A stretch of 57,504 nt of DNA, filler included, from Sphacelaria rigidula (Eukaryota): NCBI GenBank assembly GCA_964200075.2. It is 8 parts of 8 records of this genome, joined end to end, with 100 filler letters (N's around TTAATTAATTAA, not from the genome) between each part and the next. Parts side by side here need not be neighbours in the genome. Positions count along the whole stretch, not along the records: positions 7,202 to 14,302 come from CAXNAA020016480.1; positions 14,403 to 21,503 come from CAXNAA020016481.1; positions 21,604 to 28,704 come from CAXNAA020016482.1; 5 more parts are not named here. One strand, written 5' to 3'. The notes under the pieces are model-generated. The model did no database searches and was not told where the DNA came from. It was given only the letters and a program-made list of their open reading frames with translations. Positions within the stretch are counted from its first letter, which is position 1. The number at the start of each line of letters is the position of its first letter. Both the position numbers and the translations under genes were made by a program. Positions 11,131 through 23,682 of the stretch are shown one piece after another.

Positions 11131-11388
11131 CAAGGGTCGGACGAATTAATGATTCGTCCGGGAATTACTTGATTTTGGTGTAATTGATTCGTACCGTACG
11201 AATCAATCCTTAGGCTTTGATTTCAGCGTTGCAACCCAGATACACGCGGCCCAGGGACGTGGAATGGCGCAAGAGTTGGGTGGAGATCTGTTTGACCAGC
11301 GGTCGATTTTTTTTCCTCTTTCGGGCAACCAGGTATGAAAAATCGTGGATTTGGTGATTCGAACCGGCGATGATTCGTCCGAATCGTG
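11131..11388. mobile_element. hAT-like MITE (family H2) inserted in the SINE head
   Basis: Starts caagggtcggacg. gaaggtttc is duplicated at 11121-29 and 11389-97. Confidence 0.7.
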
Positions 11389-11755
11389 GAAGGTTTCAAG
11401 GTGAACAACTGAGCCACCGGGGCGACAGGACGTGTACATCATATACTTCCACGTTGGCTAATGACACTGCTCCAAGCACACCGGAGCGTGCGGAGCAACG
11501 ACATCGGTTCCTCAAGATTGTGAACGTGTACTTCTCCTGGTCGCATGCGCATACTCGTGGTTGATTGATTATCTCACACTAGTTGATTGCAACAATCCAG
11601 TCCGTGGTCAGGAGCAGCAAAAAGAAAAACAGAATGGAATAATAAAAGAGAGGAACAGAAGAAGACAGAAGCAACGGCCCCAGAAAGGAAAGAAAAGGAG
11701 CAGCGATAACAACAAAAACAACAGCAAGTAGTGTCCACTAGAGGAACAGTCTTCC

Positions 11756-11960
11756 TACGAGCTGGGCCAGCAGTAAACCCTGCACTCGCTTTCCAAATCA
11801 CAACATTCCTAGTTCTTAAAATCAGCGCGACTTGAGCATATCGCTGCGAAGTGCGGACCAACCTGGTAACATACAGAACCACCGCTGAATGAACAACAAA
11901 AAAGAAAAAGAAAAAAGTATTTGTCCGAATTTGAACTCATGACCTCGATAATTGGAGTCT
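11756..11960 (-). mobile_element. Probable tRNA-headed SINE family 2. Other copies are at about 33118-33362 (-) and 40770-41336 (+, interrupted).
   Basis: Shared body tacgagctgggccagcagtaaa...gacttgagcatatcgctg...accaacctggt, next to a B-box-like GAGTTCRAAT motif. Confidence 0.6.
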
Positions 11961-12611
11961 CCTGTATAACGTGGAGTAACCCTCAGCCAGCGAGAGTAGA
12001 TCACCTGTTGAATCGGCATCAGTTTCACTTGAAAAAAGTATTCATGATCCAGGTCGACTACCCGCGCGGTCTAAGGGATAACCCTCTTGGGACCGTAGTG
12101 GACTACAGTAGTAACTAACCGCGGATGACGGCCTTTTGTACACCAGCACCACATTCACTTGAAAACGAGTGAAACTGATGTTTTTACACAAATGGCCCCT
12201 GCGTGCAAACCAGGTACCTACCACTGGTTAGTGGGAGTCCCGCCTCAAAGAGGTGAAAGAGGCGTGCAGCGGTGTCACACAAAAAGTGCCCGCCTAGGCC
12301 AAATTTCAGGAATTTTTGGCCGAAATTGCACCAGGATTTCCTGCACACAGGTACGCACAACAACACAAGGGATGCCGATGTATTTTTATTTTATTTTACG
12401 AAGTATTTTCGTATTTTATCAGTTTTCGCAGGAATTTCAAAACGCTAGAACTTCGTGTTTTTTTCAATGTTTCCCTTGGCATCCCGCGTAATGTTGTGCG
12501 TGTTGAGGATGAAAATGTCGAGTCAAAAATTAAGCGCCCAACTTCTCGAATTCCACACAGCCGGGCCTGGAAACATTAAAAAAATAACCGTCAGCTGGCC
12601 CAGCTTTTGTA

Positions 12612-12970
12612 TGTGTTGTGTTGTCATCCCGTTTATTCTGGACGCCCGTCTGCCCCTTTCCGGATATGTGGGCGCATCAGCCGGGGTCACACGGGAGGAA
12701 GGTCAACACAGGAGCTTTTTCTTTGTATTTGTTTTTAGTACCCCACCTTCCTTCTGCGGTGCTTGCCTTTATTTTTTTATCGCGAGCGGAGTTTAGCAGT
12801 CCCTTTCCCTCGTCGACTGTGGAGTCGAATTTTGTGTACCCACGACATAGTCGCCCTCCACTGTTGGGCATGGTGCAACAAAAAATCCCAGATCGCTCCG
12901 AGAATCGAACCCCACAAGTCAACCATCAGACGGTTACAAGGTTACCAACTGAGCCACCGGGGCGACCGGC
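12612..12970 (-). mobile_element. tRNA-derived SINE family 1, near-full copy
   Basis: The reverse complement has A box TGGCTCAGTTGG and B box GGTTCGATTC, and is colinear with 37982-38380. Confidence 0.85.
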
Positions 12971-14025
12971 AACTTTGTATACGGAATATGTTGATATTTT
13001 TTCAGATATTCGGAAATTAGTCATCGAAGACGAAGATACGACGGTCCGTGGTCAATTTTCCGGCACACATCATACATACCCGTAGCACAAAACGGAATTA
13101 CCGGTACAAAACTATTTCTGGACGCGAACTCGTAGTAGAGTATTCTGGAGCGTGCGCTTCGAACCCTTTGACCGCGAGGGTAGGTCACCTGCTGAATCGG
13201 TATCAGTTTTCACTCGAAAAAAGTATACATGATCCACACGGACCACCCGCACCGCGGTCTAAGGTTCAAGGGTGTCGACTCCATGAGGTTGTGAAGATGC
13301 TGTTCCCTTGATCGCATGTATAAAATAGTGTCTGTCTATATACCATAAGCTGGTTCACGCTTTCGACCCGAAATTCACACATGAGCAACTGCCCTTCGAG
13401 ATACCTACCAATTATTCACACGGATGGTATCGAACTGACCCGCCGTAGACAGCTGAAGAGGGTGACATAGCCGGATTCTTGTTCAACACGGTAATGGTAC
13501 TAATGACGCTAGGCTTTTGCTCTTCATGCGCGCATATAATTCGCATAAATAGTGATTTCTTGTTTTTCGTTCTCCCACACTAAAATCACGTAAGTATAAC
13601 GCCTCGGCAGGATTTCCGCTTCAAAATGACCCCTTCTGAACGAGACGCATAAGTTTTTTGGGAAAAAAAAAAAAACGCATAAAGAGCAAAAGCCTACGTG
13701 ACGCTGAGGGTGAAAAAAGGACGAAAAGGTAGCTCAACCAATCAGCGCCCTTGAAACTGTTCTGAATGTTGAACTTCGAATTGTTGAACCAATTTCTACC
13801 TTTACTCGCCATCCCCAACACCGCAGTAACTGCCATCAGCTCGAAAACTTCACGGGAAGAACAAATTTGGAAACGGTTTCCATGGAATCGGAATGTACCC
13901 AAACCCGTGGAATTTCGGTGATGTGGGTTTTGGGGTCGTTGCATTTTCGCCAATGATACGCATGAAAGACCCAGTGAGCCAGCCAGCCACCCGACGGTTC
14001 CCTTGTATCTGTCTTAGGAACGCTC

Positions 14026-14195
14026 CACACCTTGGACAAAATATGGTCGATAGTTGCAATAGACGAGAAACGTACTGAATAGAGTATAGGCCTGTTGCAA
14101 CTATTGCCGGCCGACGATAGTCGCAATAGGTCTACACTTTATGCAGTACGTTTCTTGTCTATTGCAACTATTGACTATATATTGTCCAAGGTGTG
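14026..14195. mobile_element. Palindromic 170-bp MITE with CA...TG ends and an 8-bp TSD (hAT or P-like)
   Basis: Ends are cacaccttggacaa and ttgtccaaggtgtg. Perfect TSD gaacgctc at 14018-25 and 14196-203. Related decayed copies lie near 19405, 25310, 36700 and 44578. Confidence 0.85.
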
Positions 14196-14472
14196 GAACG
14201 CTCCACGGTTAGGACAAATCAACACGTATTCGAATCATCAAAGCCACGATCTCTTCGGCCTGATTGCCCAAAAGTGAGAAAAAAGTTGACTCCGGGTCAA
14301 ACNNNNNNNNNNNNNNNNNNNNNNNNNNNNNNNNNNNNNNNNNNNNTTAATTAATTAANNNNNNNNNNNNNNNNNNNNNNNNNNNNNNNNNNNNNNNNNN
14401 NNCGGGCTCTGTGTTGAGGGACCTTCAGCCACGTAAGATGTGACCAAAAAAAATAAATAAACAATCATCCCC

Positions 14473-14505
<33 letters not shown>

Positions 14506-16101
14506 CAAAAACAAAAACCAGCCCAAAATCGTCATGTTCCAGGCTGCATGAAGCGCATCACATGGCCGATATTGGCGAAAAAGAACCCAAGCGCTGGAAT
14601 TCCCAGCTGCGCGTTGTGCTCAACTTTTTGCCGTTTCGATTTACGTTTAGATTTTGTCTCCCCAAACCAGCCACTTTTTTTTTTGGGGGGGGGGGGGTTT
14701 TTTTGGGTTGTAAAAAACACTGTTAGATTTGGTTGGGTAGGGTGTGGTGTGGGAANNNNNNNNNNGGGGGGGGAAGGGTTGTGGTTGGGTCGGGACGGTC
14801 CCCAGAGAGGCGCCGTGGGGGGGGGGGGGGGGGGGGGGGGGAGTACTCATTTGTTGCTTGCCGTAGTCGTTTGACCATTGACCACGCATGACCATTGACC
14901 ACGCATCCCTTTTGAAACGAAGCACCGTTCCTAATCCTAATGGAGGCACCTCTAACATTTCGGTGCCCATCACGTTTCTTCCATACATGACACAAAAACC
15001 TGTTACATATCTTATCCCCTAGTAGAGCTCAGCCACTTTTGGGGGGGGGGCTGTCGCAGGGAGTGTCGAACGAACTGCGGGAGTGCCGAAAAATGCTCGA
15101 TCATGCAAATATGTCAGCCAGATACCGGGGAAGGAAGGTCTGGTTTGATCCCGTGCAAACTGCAGACTCCGTCCCAAGGAGAGAGGGGGGGGGGGGGATT
15201 CTTGGAGTTTGACAAACACCAGATGAATTAGTTACTTGGCAGAGCAACATGAGTTTCTTTTTGTTGTCTTTTCGTCAACGAGCGCTTCTACCTCATGTAG
15301 AGAGTATTAGTGACGGTGCTGGAACATGAGTTATGATTATTTCCGCACATTAGCCTGATTTTTCGAACCCGTGGTCACAGACGTTGGGCTTGGCTTTCCA
15401 GTACCGTCACTACTGCCACTATTCCTTACATGAGATAGACGGGCTTCTTGAGAGGCTCTTCTAGGGCTTCCACTGCAAAACAAATCGAGAAGGGAGAAAC
15501 GTTGATAAAGCACAAGATGAAGAACACTCACCCCGAGTTGGTCGGGGTGTGGTGAAACACGAACAAATCAGGTCTGTCAATACAGTGAAGGAACTCGAGA
15601 GGGATGTAGCAGGAAGTGTGATACGCTTTGAACGGTAGTTATGGCAAGAAAACAGTTGCCGAGAGTCCACGGGATGTAGCGATGCTGATCCGAATCCGCG
15701 ATACCAAAATGGGGGGTGTTTTAGGCACATCCCGGGGAAGAAATGGCTTGTGGGTGCGTCCCTTGAATACTGGTACGGAAAAGACTATTCCCGAGGACTA
15801 CGAGCGGTTAAAGGTATGATGAAGGGAAGAGGAAAAAAACTAATTTCGGTAGCTCAATGACACCTTGCCCTGCAAAAACCCACGTGTAGCAGAAGTGTGT
15901 CGTTGTAATTGACATCCATGAACTCCTTTGTTTTAGTTAACAATTGTTCAAGGAGCGCTTGCTTGTTCATTTAGCCTGATTGATTCGTACTGCACGCATC
16001 TATCCTTGGGCTTTGTTTTCAGCTTTGCAACCGCAGCTACGCGCACCGCATCCACGTGGAATAGTGCACACTTTGCGTACTGTCTGTAGATACATTTTTT
16101 T

Positions 16102-16242
16102 CAGGGATCTACACGTTACACGTGCCACAACGTTACACGTTACGTTCACGTCACGTTTTGGCCGAAACGTAACGTGACCGTTGAATTTTACAAACCTGAT
16201 GAACGTAACATGAACGTGTAACGTGTAACGTGTATACCCCTG
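16102..16242. mobile_element. Short hAT-like MITE
   Basis: TIRs cagggatctacacgttacacgt and acgtgtaacgtgtatacccctg, with internal acgttac repeats. Confidence 0.6.
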
Positions 16243-16832
16243 GTTTTTTACCCGCGGTCAACTATCTCGTCTCTGTGCAGATTATGTATTGGACATAGAT
16301 TTCATGCGTAGATTCTCGGGCATATAGTCAACCAGCCTGGTAGGAGCCAGTGCGGTTCAGTACAAAGTACCGACAGGAACGGTCCGGGAGCTAGTACTGT
16401 AGCCAGTGCTCCGTCTAGCCAGAACGGCCCCGCGGCTCTATACTGTAAGCTCTATAGTTGGGGTTTAGGGCTGAGATTCCGAGAGCGAAGGTTCAGATAG
16501 AGCTGTACACCAGCGGGTGCCGTCTGAATGAATAATGAAAAGCATGGCGATGCAGCGCCCCACTCGGGGACGTCGTCTGCTCAACCCATCAAGATCTCTC
16601 GTGACAATTGCCTTGCTCCGCTATAAAACAGTGCACTGAGAGGAAGCGCGCCACGGCCACACCAAACACCTCACAAGTGCACAGTCTCCTTCAAGCAAAC
16701 CAGGCCTTGGAAATCGTAGATTTGGTGATTCGAACAAGCATGGATCCTTGCGACCCTTGAACAATTCACATCCCCCGTTACCGAGGGCTGGCTTTGATGC
16801 CTTTGCTGCTGCTGCTGCTACTACTGCTGCAG

Positions 16833-16973
16833 GCGGTGCGGGGATTCCCTCCCCAGCTATCCCTCCTGGATCCGGAGATCTTCTTGCAGAGGAACATCAA
16901 GAAAGTTTTGCTGCTTGGATCAGGTGGACTCAGCATTGGACAGGCCGGGGAGTTTGACTACAGCGGCTCACAG
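16833..16973 (+). CDS. Carbamoyl-phosphate synthetase (fused GATase-CPS type), exon: linker plus start of the synthetase domain
   Basis: [47 protein letters not shown] contains the canonical CPS motif. ctgcag| acceptor, phase 0. Confidence 0.92.
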
Positions 16974-17107
16974 GCACGTGTGCCGTACATCAGTGCGTAG
17001 TGCACATGCTCTTTCTCGGTATATTCCACACTGTTTGCTACCCAACATGTGTGTACGGAACTGCAGGCTGGAGGTTCACGGGAAAAAAAAAAATACACTC
17101 ATCGGCA

Positions 17108-17378
17108 AAACTTCACGCCGTTTTGAGGAGTTAGACCCTGAAATTTTGCACAGGTGTGCTATGAGTCATTGCGCAACTTTGCAAGGACAAGGTTGTTTTT
17201 ACTTCTTGACTTTTCACCGTCTTTCCGGGGTCCCAGTTTTGTCGGGAAAACTTCGATCCAGTCAGACCCCCGTAAACGGTGGGGAAAAAAAAACTCGTTC
17301 ACACGAAGTTGCGGAATGACCCATAAAACACCTGTGCAAAATATAAGGGTCTAACTCCTTAAAATGGCGTGAAGTTTT
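17108..17378. repeat. Fold-back of about 270 bp (MITE-like) in the CPS intron, with a further half copy at about 17545-17730
   Basis: aaacttcacgccgttttgaggagttagaccct is inverted relative to agggtctaactccttaaaatggcgtgaagttt. Confidence 0.75.
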
Positions 17379-18531
17379 TCGCGTTTGTGCGATGAACCTT
17401 GCCGTGCCACGGTGAAACGGCAAACAACCAGATTTTGGTATGAAAATGGCGTTTTAGGGCGTTAATCGAGTTTGGCCACGAACCTTTGTGGGTTTCTTCC
17501 TTGGGTGTGCGGCGGCAAAGCATTCGCGAAGAAAACGAAAAAAAATCGTGCCGGTTCTACGGGGTCCCACAATGGAGGACCTCGAAAAAACGACTTGGAT
17601 CCCGTCGGACCCCCGAAAAACGGTTAAAAAAATCAACAAGTAGAAAAAACTCGTTAACAGAAAGTTGCGTCATGATTCATAGCACGTTTGTGCAAAGTGT
17701 CAGGGTCTAACTCCTAATAAATGCGTCAAGATCGCGAGGATGTGCGAGGATGTGAGCTTAAAACGTTCAAACTCCTAACTACTTGGTTTGAGTATGAAAA
17801 CATATTTTGGGGTGAATTTTACGTCAAGGCAGGAAAAATTGTATGAGATTTTCGAGTTTCTCCACCAAAAATTGTACATTTGTTCCTTGGACCATCCTGG
17901 GACGCATCATGTTTTATATTTTCTTCAAGTCATACTGTACCGCCTTTCGGGGGTCTTTGTATTAAGACCCCCGGAAGCCGTTAGAGGACGGAGAAACTTT
18001 GAACCCTTGTCAAAAACACAATTTTTCCATTTAGAGCATCAATACCTACGGAACTGCCAAGTTTGAGGATGATCTGAGCTTTTCTACAACAGATATGAGG
18101 GAAATCGTCACGAGGCTCCCTGAGTCTTTGCTGCGTATCATGAGAAATTAGACGACGCCAAACTCCAAATCACCAGAACATTATGGTTTCGGGTATAATT
18201 CGACCTCGTTGGAACCGTTTTCAAATCCGTTCCTCCCGTTAGATTCTTGAGTGATAACAGTCACTGCAATTTGAAGCATGTGGGGATCCGGTGGAAATTG
18301 TGCTTGGAATTCGTATTTTCAATTTCGGAACAGTTTGAAAGGCGCTGATTGGTCGAGACACATTTTTGTCCATAGCGCCACCGCTATAGCCTTAGAAAAT
18401 CCGGCTATGTCACCCTGTTCGCCTCTTCATTGCGGTCAGTATGATACCATGTATGCGACTATTGCGTGCGTATTGCAGAAGGCATTTGCTGATGACATAA
18501 TTTTTTTTTTCCGTGAACCAGCCTGTATTAA

Positions 18532-18629
18532 CTCCTAGACCGCGAGGGTAGTTTATCCGAATCATGCTATCTATTTTCAAGTGCAATTGATGCTGATTCA
18601 ACAGATGACCGACTCTCGCTGTCTGAGGG
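18532..18629. mobile_element. piggyBac-like MITE of about 100 bp. Other copies near 7383, 11980, 13164, 22803, 27981, 41915 and 47202.
   Basis: CCCT/CTCCT...AGGG ends around gaccgcgagggtag, with TTAA-like flanks (ttaa/tcaa here). Confidence 0.7.
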
Positions 18630-19971
18630 TCAATACTGTGGTGCATGCCGCTGCGTCCCGGGAATGTGCAATGAGATGATTTGTTTTCGAGTCGAGCAGT
18701 GCAACGCTGAGTTTCGATTTTCCTGCCAATATTATCTGAGAAATTGTGCATGTCTTTCCCGGTCTGGTAAACATGAGGACGTTGAGTAGCAGAGAAAAAT
18801 GAACAAGAATCTACACTGTGTGGGAGTGTCATGATCCAGGCCGCAATTTACCAGAATGTCAACCTTTTTGCCGGAGGGGAGATGGCTTGGTTCCTGAGAC
18901 TACAAACTCGCCCCGAGGAAGGGAAGGAGGAAGGGTAAGCGTCTGGCGATCAAGAGCAAGATATGTAGAGAGGGTGTAGAACAATGAGCTGTCGAAGGGC
19001 ATGAGGATTGGGTCTGTGGAACCCAAACCCATGTAAATATATGAAGTCCGTTTGGTGTCCATTTTATCAGATGCTGTCTCGAGCGTGAAACAACGCTTCC
19101 CAAACGTTCATCGGATTTTGCGCTGGATTCAAAACGAGTTGCTTCAATCGTTGGTAAAAGGATTGTTTGATGTAGTACATGCTCTGTCCTGGGAACTATC
19201 CGGAACGCGCAGAACATGTTGTGTTGCCATTCCCCTGTGCCATCTTGGGTCAAAAAGGGGTACGCTTGTACTATGGACCACACGTTGACGGACTTGTGTT
19301 GGAATTGTGCGTGAGACGGAATAGAGCTGGGACAATCACCAGTTGAAGACCACCGTATTCAGGGCTTTTGGGGTTTTCGGAGGATGGTCGTTGCAAACAG
19401 AGAACACCCTGGACAAAGACCGTAGATTACAGTGTCGAAAAGTGTACTGCGTGTAGTATAGAATATGTTGTCTATTGCAATACACGCAATATTCGATACT
19501 GTACGTAGTACATTTTTTGAGAATATAATATATTGTCATCATGAATAGAGAGAGCCTGCTCAACTGTAGCGTCGGGGTTACCGGCATTGAAGAGTCAGCC
19601 GGTACTATGGTTCCGAAATGAGGTCTCGGCCACGGAGGGGCTTTAATGGGGGGGTGGGTGTTCCACAGAACCAAATATTGGTGCCAATTTTCGGTATATT
19701 CTTGTGTTGGTTGTATTTCATTAGGGTTGCGGAGACCTTGAGCGGAAACAACGGCGTCGATCGAGGTGGTGACAAAATGGAAGTGAGGGGGGAAGAAAAC
19801 TGCACTGGAGCAAAGAGTGTGTTCGGAAAACCCATGGCCACACCGTCCATGATTCATCTATGGGTGAGAAGGAAAATGACAGATGGCCCTGCCGTGCTTT
19901 CATGTTTTTGCATGATTTTTTTTAATGCTTTGTACCCCTATGGACTTGCGTGAAATGTAAACCTCTGTCAG

Positions 19972-20103
19972 GCCATCAAGGCTTTGAAGGAGGAGGGCAT
20001 CGAAGTGGTGCTCGTGAACCCCAACATCGCTACGGTGCAGACGTCGAAGAACCTTGGCGGAGCCTCTCCCGACCGGACCTATTTCCTCCCCGTGACTCCT
20101 GAG
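19972..20103 (+). CDS. Carbamoyl-phosphate synthetase, next exon
   Basis: [44 protein letters not shown], with tgtcag| acceptor and |gtacgg donor, phase 0-0. Confidence 0.93.
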
Positions 20104-22400
20104 GTACGGAACTTGGATACTGGATACCAAAATATAAAAATAGTTTTCCTTTCGGTTCAACAAGGGCATTGGTGGAGGTGACGACATATGGAAGGGCAGA
20201 AATAACCCCAAACCCTAAAACTCTAACCCTGCCGAATTATTTTCTTCATTTTGATGGGGTTTTTTTTATCAGGATGTTGCCACTCATCCAGGTATATGAT
20301 CATGCTCATGTGGTATGTCACGGAGTAGCTAACCGACCGCTGGGGTACAATTACCGGTGGTTAGAGAGTACATGGTCACCCTTGGTTAGCAAACAAGGCT
20401 TCGCACCGCCTCATAATCAGAGTTTCGTGTGGAAGGCCTTGACAACATACTCATTTCGACCCAACGAGGATGCCCTGGTGGCTAGAGGGTTGCCCGAGGG
20501 GCACAGCACACAGTGCAACATTCCGTGCTGTGTGGGGGGGTCCAACGTGTGTGTGGAACGTATCAGAGCGTTGCAGTGAGGTTGCTCACTACCTTCACAC
20601 AAGAACATCATTGCCTTGCACACGGCCCGACAACCTCCACCGAAGCCTCAACGTTGCAATATGCGCCTCAAGGTAGTAATCCTCAGGCCGCCGGAGTATT
20701 TTTTGGATGCAAGAAGAACGAGTAGAAATCAATATGCTGTGTATATGTTTCGGTACATGATAAGGTAAAATCAAGGGAGTGCTATTTTGACCTCCTTTGC
20801 CCATAAGTACTCTACCGTCTGGCTGGGTCAACATCAGCATGTTGTTCGCGTCGTATATTTCAACGGCCGTGTTGGTGCAGTGTTTGTGCAGGGCTGATCG
20901 TCAGTTTCGCCTGGTGACACCGACGTGGGTATTGCTCGGGGCGTAGCTAGTGTTGAGCGCCTCTGAAGATTCACGTCGGATTTGAACACTTTGAAAGGGT
21001 CATACGCCGACGCCCCAGCGCGCTTGGATCAAAACTGCCATGCTGTTGGCACCAATCCCGTTTAAGAGCAGTATCGCCGGATGTTAGCGCGCGATCTCTT
21101 CAATTTTTGGCAACAGCCGTAGGACAAAGCGACCCAAACTAGCCCTAGTTGTCATTTGTAAGAAAGGCCTCGCACTGCCGTAGGACTCAATCACTCATAG
21201 GTGTCGTTCGAGATGGAGGAAAACAGCGAACACATCTCAATGAAGTGCAAAGTGAATGAGAGCCGGTGCGGGGGGGGGGGGGTAACCCCTGAAGCAACCA
21301 CAGATGAAGTCGTGCATCTCGCAGTATGCTTCAATAAAACGTGCTGCCGGCTGATGCAAGAGCAGACAGACGATTCAATCGGTTGATCGATCGACTGTCT
21401 TGTGAATACCAGGGTAGACACTTCCCGTTTTTTTTTCTGGGAACGGATGTTCCGCCACTTCGGGTCGTCCTCCAATCCTGTCACCGACGTATCGTCATAC
21501 TCCNNNNNNNNNNNNNNNNNNNNNNNNNNNNNNNNNNNNNNNNNNNNTTAATTAATTAANNNNNNNNNNNNNNNNNNNNNNNNNNNNNNNNNNNNNNNNN
21601 NNNCCCTTCCACCCGCCAGATGTCCTCCGCCATCGTTATTTCCATTCGCATGTAGATTTTGTCTGCCCGAACCAACATTTTTTTTTTTTTGGGGGGGGGG
21701 CTAACGCGGCATCACTTTCCTGTAAAAATTCGCCGTGGGATCAAAACCTACCCCCTGTAGAAACCCGCCGGGTCATTACCTTGTACCACATGTCCAAGAT
21801 ATGTACACGAACGAAGTGGCTCTCAACTATGGGAGGGAGGGGGTGCGCACGGAGGGGCGCGGGAAGATACATGGTGTCAATACAAACAAAATAACCCGAG
21901 TATAGAATTTGGAACAGGGGTTGTGTTCGAATCGCGGTACAGCGTGTACCTTTCCTCCAAGAGGCACAACCCTTTTCAATTTCTGCGGGGTGACCTTTCA
22001 AGGCACAAGAACAGAGTCTTTTCGCACAAAAAGGCTCGAAACCAGGCAGCACAAGAAAAAAAAGGGGGAGGAAGGAGAGCGGTTTACGCCGGTTACATGT
22101 AGACCGTGCGCCACACCATTCATTCACTCTCTTCCCACCATATGAAACCCAATTTTGAATGCCCAGCGTTTAATGTACCTTCATGAATCGCCCATCCCAT
22201 CCCCTCCTGGAAGAGAACAGAGCATAATAAAAACAGGACCAAACGAGACACCACATCCTCTATCCACGTGGCGGGAACAAGAAAACATGAAAAAAAACAC
22301 ACACACACACACGCGCGAAAAAAAAAATGACGAAGTAGTCACAACGAAAATAATCAAATCAAACCAGACCAACACACGACCAAAGACGAAGATTCCTCAC

Positions 22401-22658
22401 CGTCCCGTAGGGCTCTGCCCTGAGAATCTCCGGCGCCACATACCCCGGGGTCCCACACTGTGTGGACACGAACCCGCCGAGCACACTACGTGCGAAACCG
22501 AAGTCGGCCAGCTTCACGTTGGCGTCATCGTGCGGAGAGGTTAGCAGCAAGTTCTCTGGCTTGAGGTCGCGGTGCACGATCCCCAGGTCATGGCAGTACT
22601 TGACTGCGTCCAGCAGAATGCGGCACAGATCTCTTGCCTCCTTCTCGTTATAGTACGC
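22401..22658 (-). CDS. CaMK-family Ser/Thr kinase exon (subdomains VI-VIII)
   Basis: Contains HRDLKPENLL, DFG and CGTPGYVAPE. cag| acceptor, |gtgagg donor, 258 nt. Confidence 0.95.
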
Positions 22659-23547
22659 CTGTTGTCCAAAAAAAAAAAAAAAAAACAAGAATAAATAAGA
22701 GGGAAGATGAAAAATATATTTGTTTCGTACTATTTGTGGAGATATCTGACGTAACTCTTGGTGTGTTCGGTGTGTACGGGTGTGTGTGTGTGTGTTCACA
22801 TTCCATCTTTTGCCGGTTAGATAGACCGCCTGTTAAATCGGCATCAATACCACTTGGGAAAAAGACGCAGATGATCCACCCTGACGGATAAAGCCTGGGG
22901 CTACACCTCTCAACCATGAGTACATGAGAGTACAGCTGAGCCAATATCCACGGCCGCACGACTGGGTTATCAAAATGCATGGGATTCTTGCAGTTGTGCC
23001 AAGATCAAGAAATACCACGCCGTGGTTGTGACTGTACAGGCACTCAGGAGCCATCACGCCATCTAGCCGCACAAGCCACACGAACCGTAACTTGCATCGA
23101 GACAGTCATGTATAACCTCCTCTCTACTCAACCCTCATCCCGTGATACGCATACACGATATTTTGGTATGTTGAATAGTGGGGTCACAATGGGCTCGGCT
23201 GTTGTTTCTCCCTCCAACGCCCATACAAGCCACTTAATTGCATCTGACCTGGACGAGTCATGACCGAATTTTCAAAATGCCAAAACATCGGGTATATCTT
23301 GCCTGACACGCCCTCGAATCATTCTCGTTTCATGGCACTCACAATCAACGACACCCACTATTTCAAAGGGAGTCAAAAAAATGAAACTACAGCCCCACAC
23401 GACACACACATCGGGTACTCTAAATTTAGTCCTCACGCTGCTACCCATCCTCCTCCTACCACCACTACAACAACTGCTGCTGCCAAAGCACGCACGTCGT
23501 CAGCTACTGTAACAGCAGCCGCAGCAAGCGGCGGCGCAATGACTAAC

Positions 23548-23682
23548 CTTTTGTACGATGCGATCGAACAGTTCGCCGCCTCTCATGAACTCGATGGACA
23601 CGTAATAGTGCTCGGGGTCATCCCTGAAGAACTGGTAGATATCGATCACATTGGGGTGCTTTAAAGACCGCAGGATTCGCAC
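23548..23682 (-). CDS. CaMK-family kinase exon (subdomains III-V)
   Basis: VRILRSLKHPNVIDIYQFF...MRGGELFDRIVQK, with gcag| acceptor and |gttagt donor, phase 0-0. Confidence 0.93.

Larger units (their letters stand above)
10335..11428 (-). mobile_element. SINE family 1 copy fragmented by nested MITE insertions
   Basis: Pieces 10335-10387, 10580-10689, 11068-11129 and 11398-11428 are colinear with the intact copy at 12612-12970. Confidence 0.75.
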
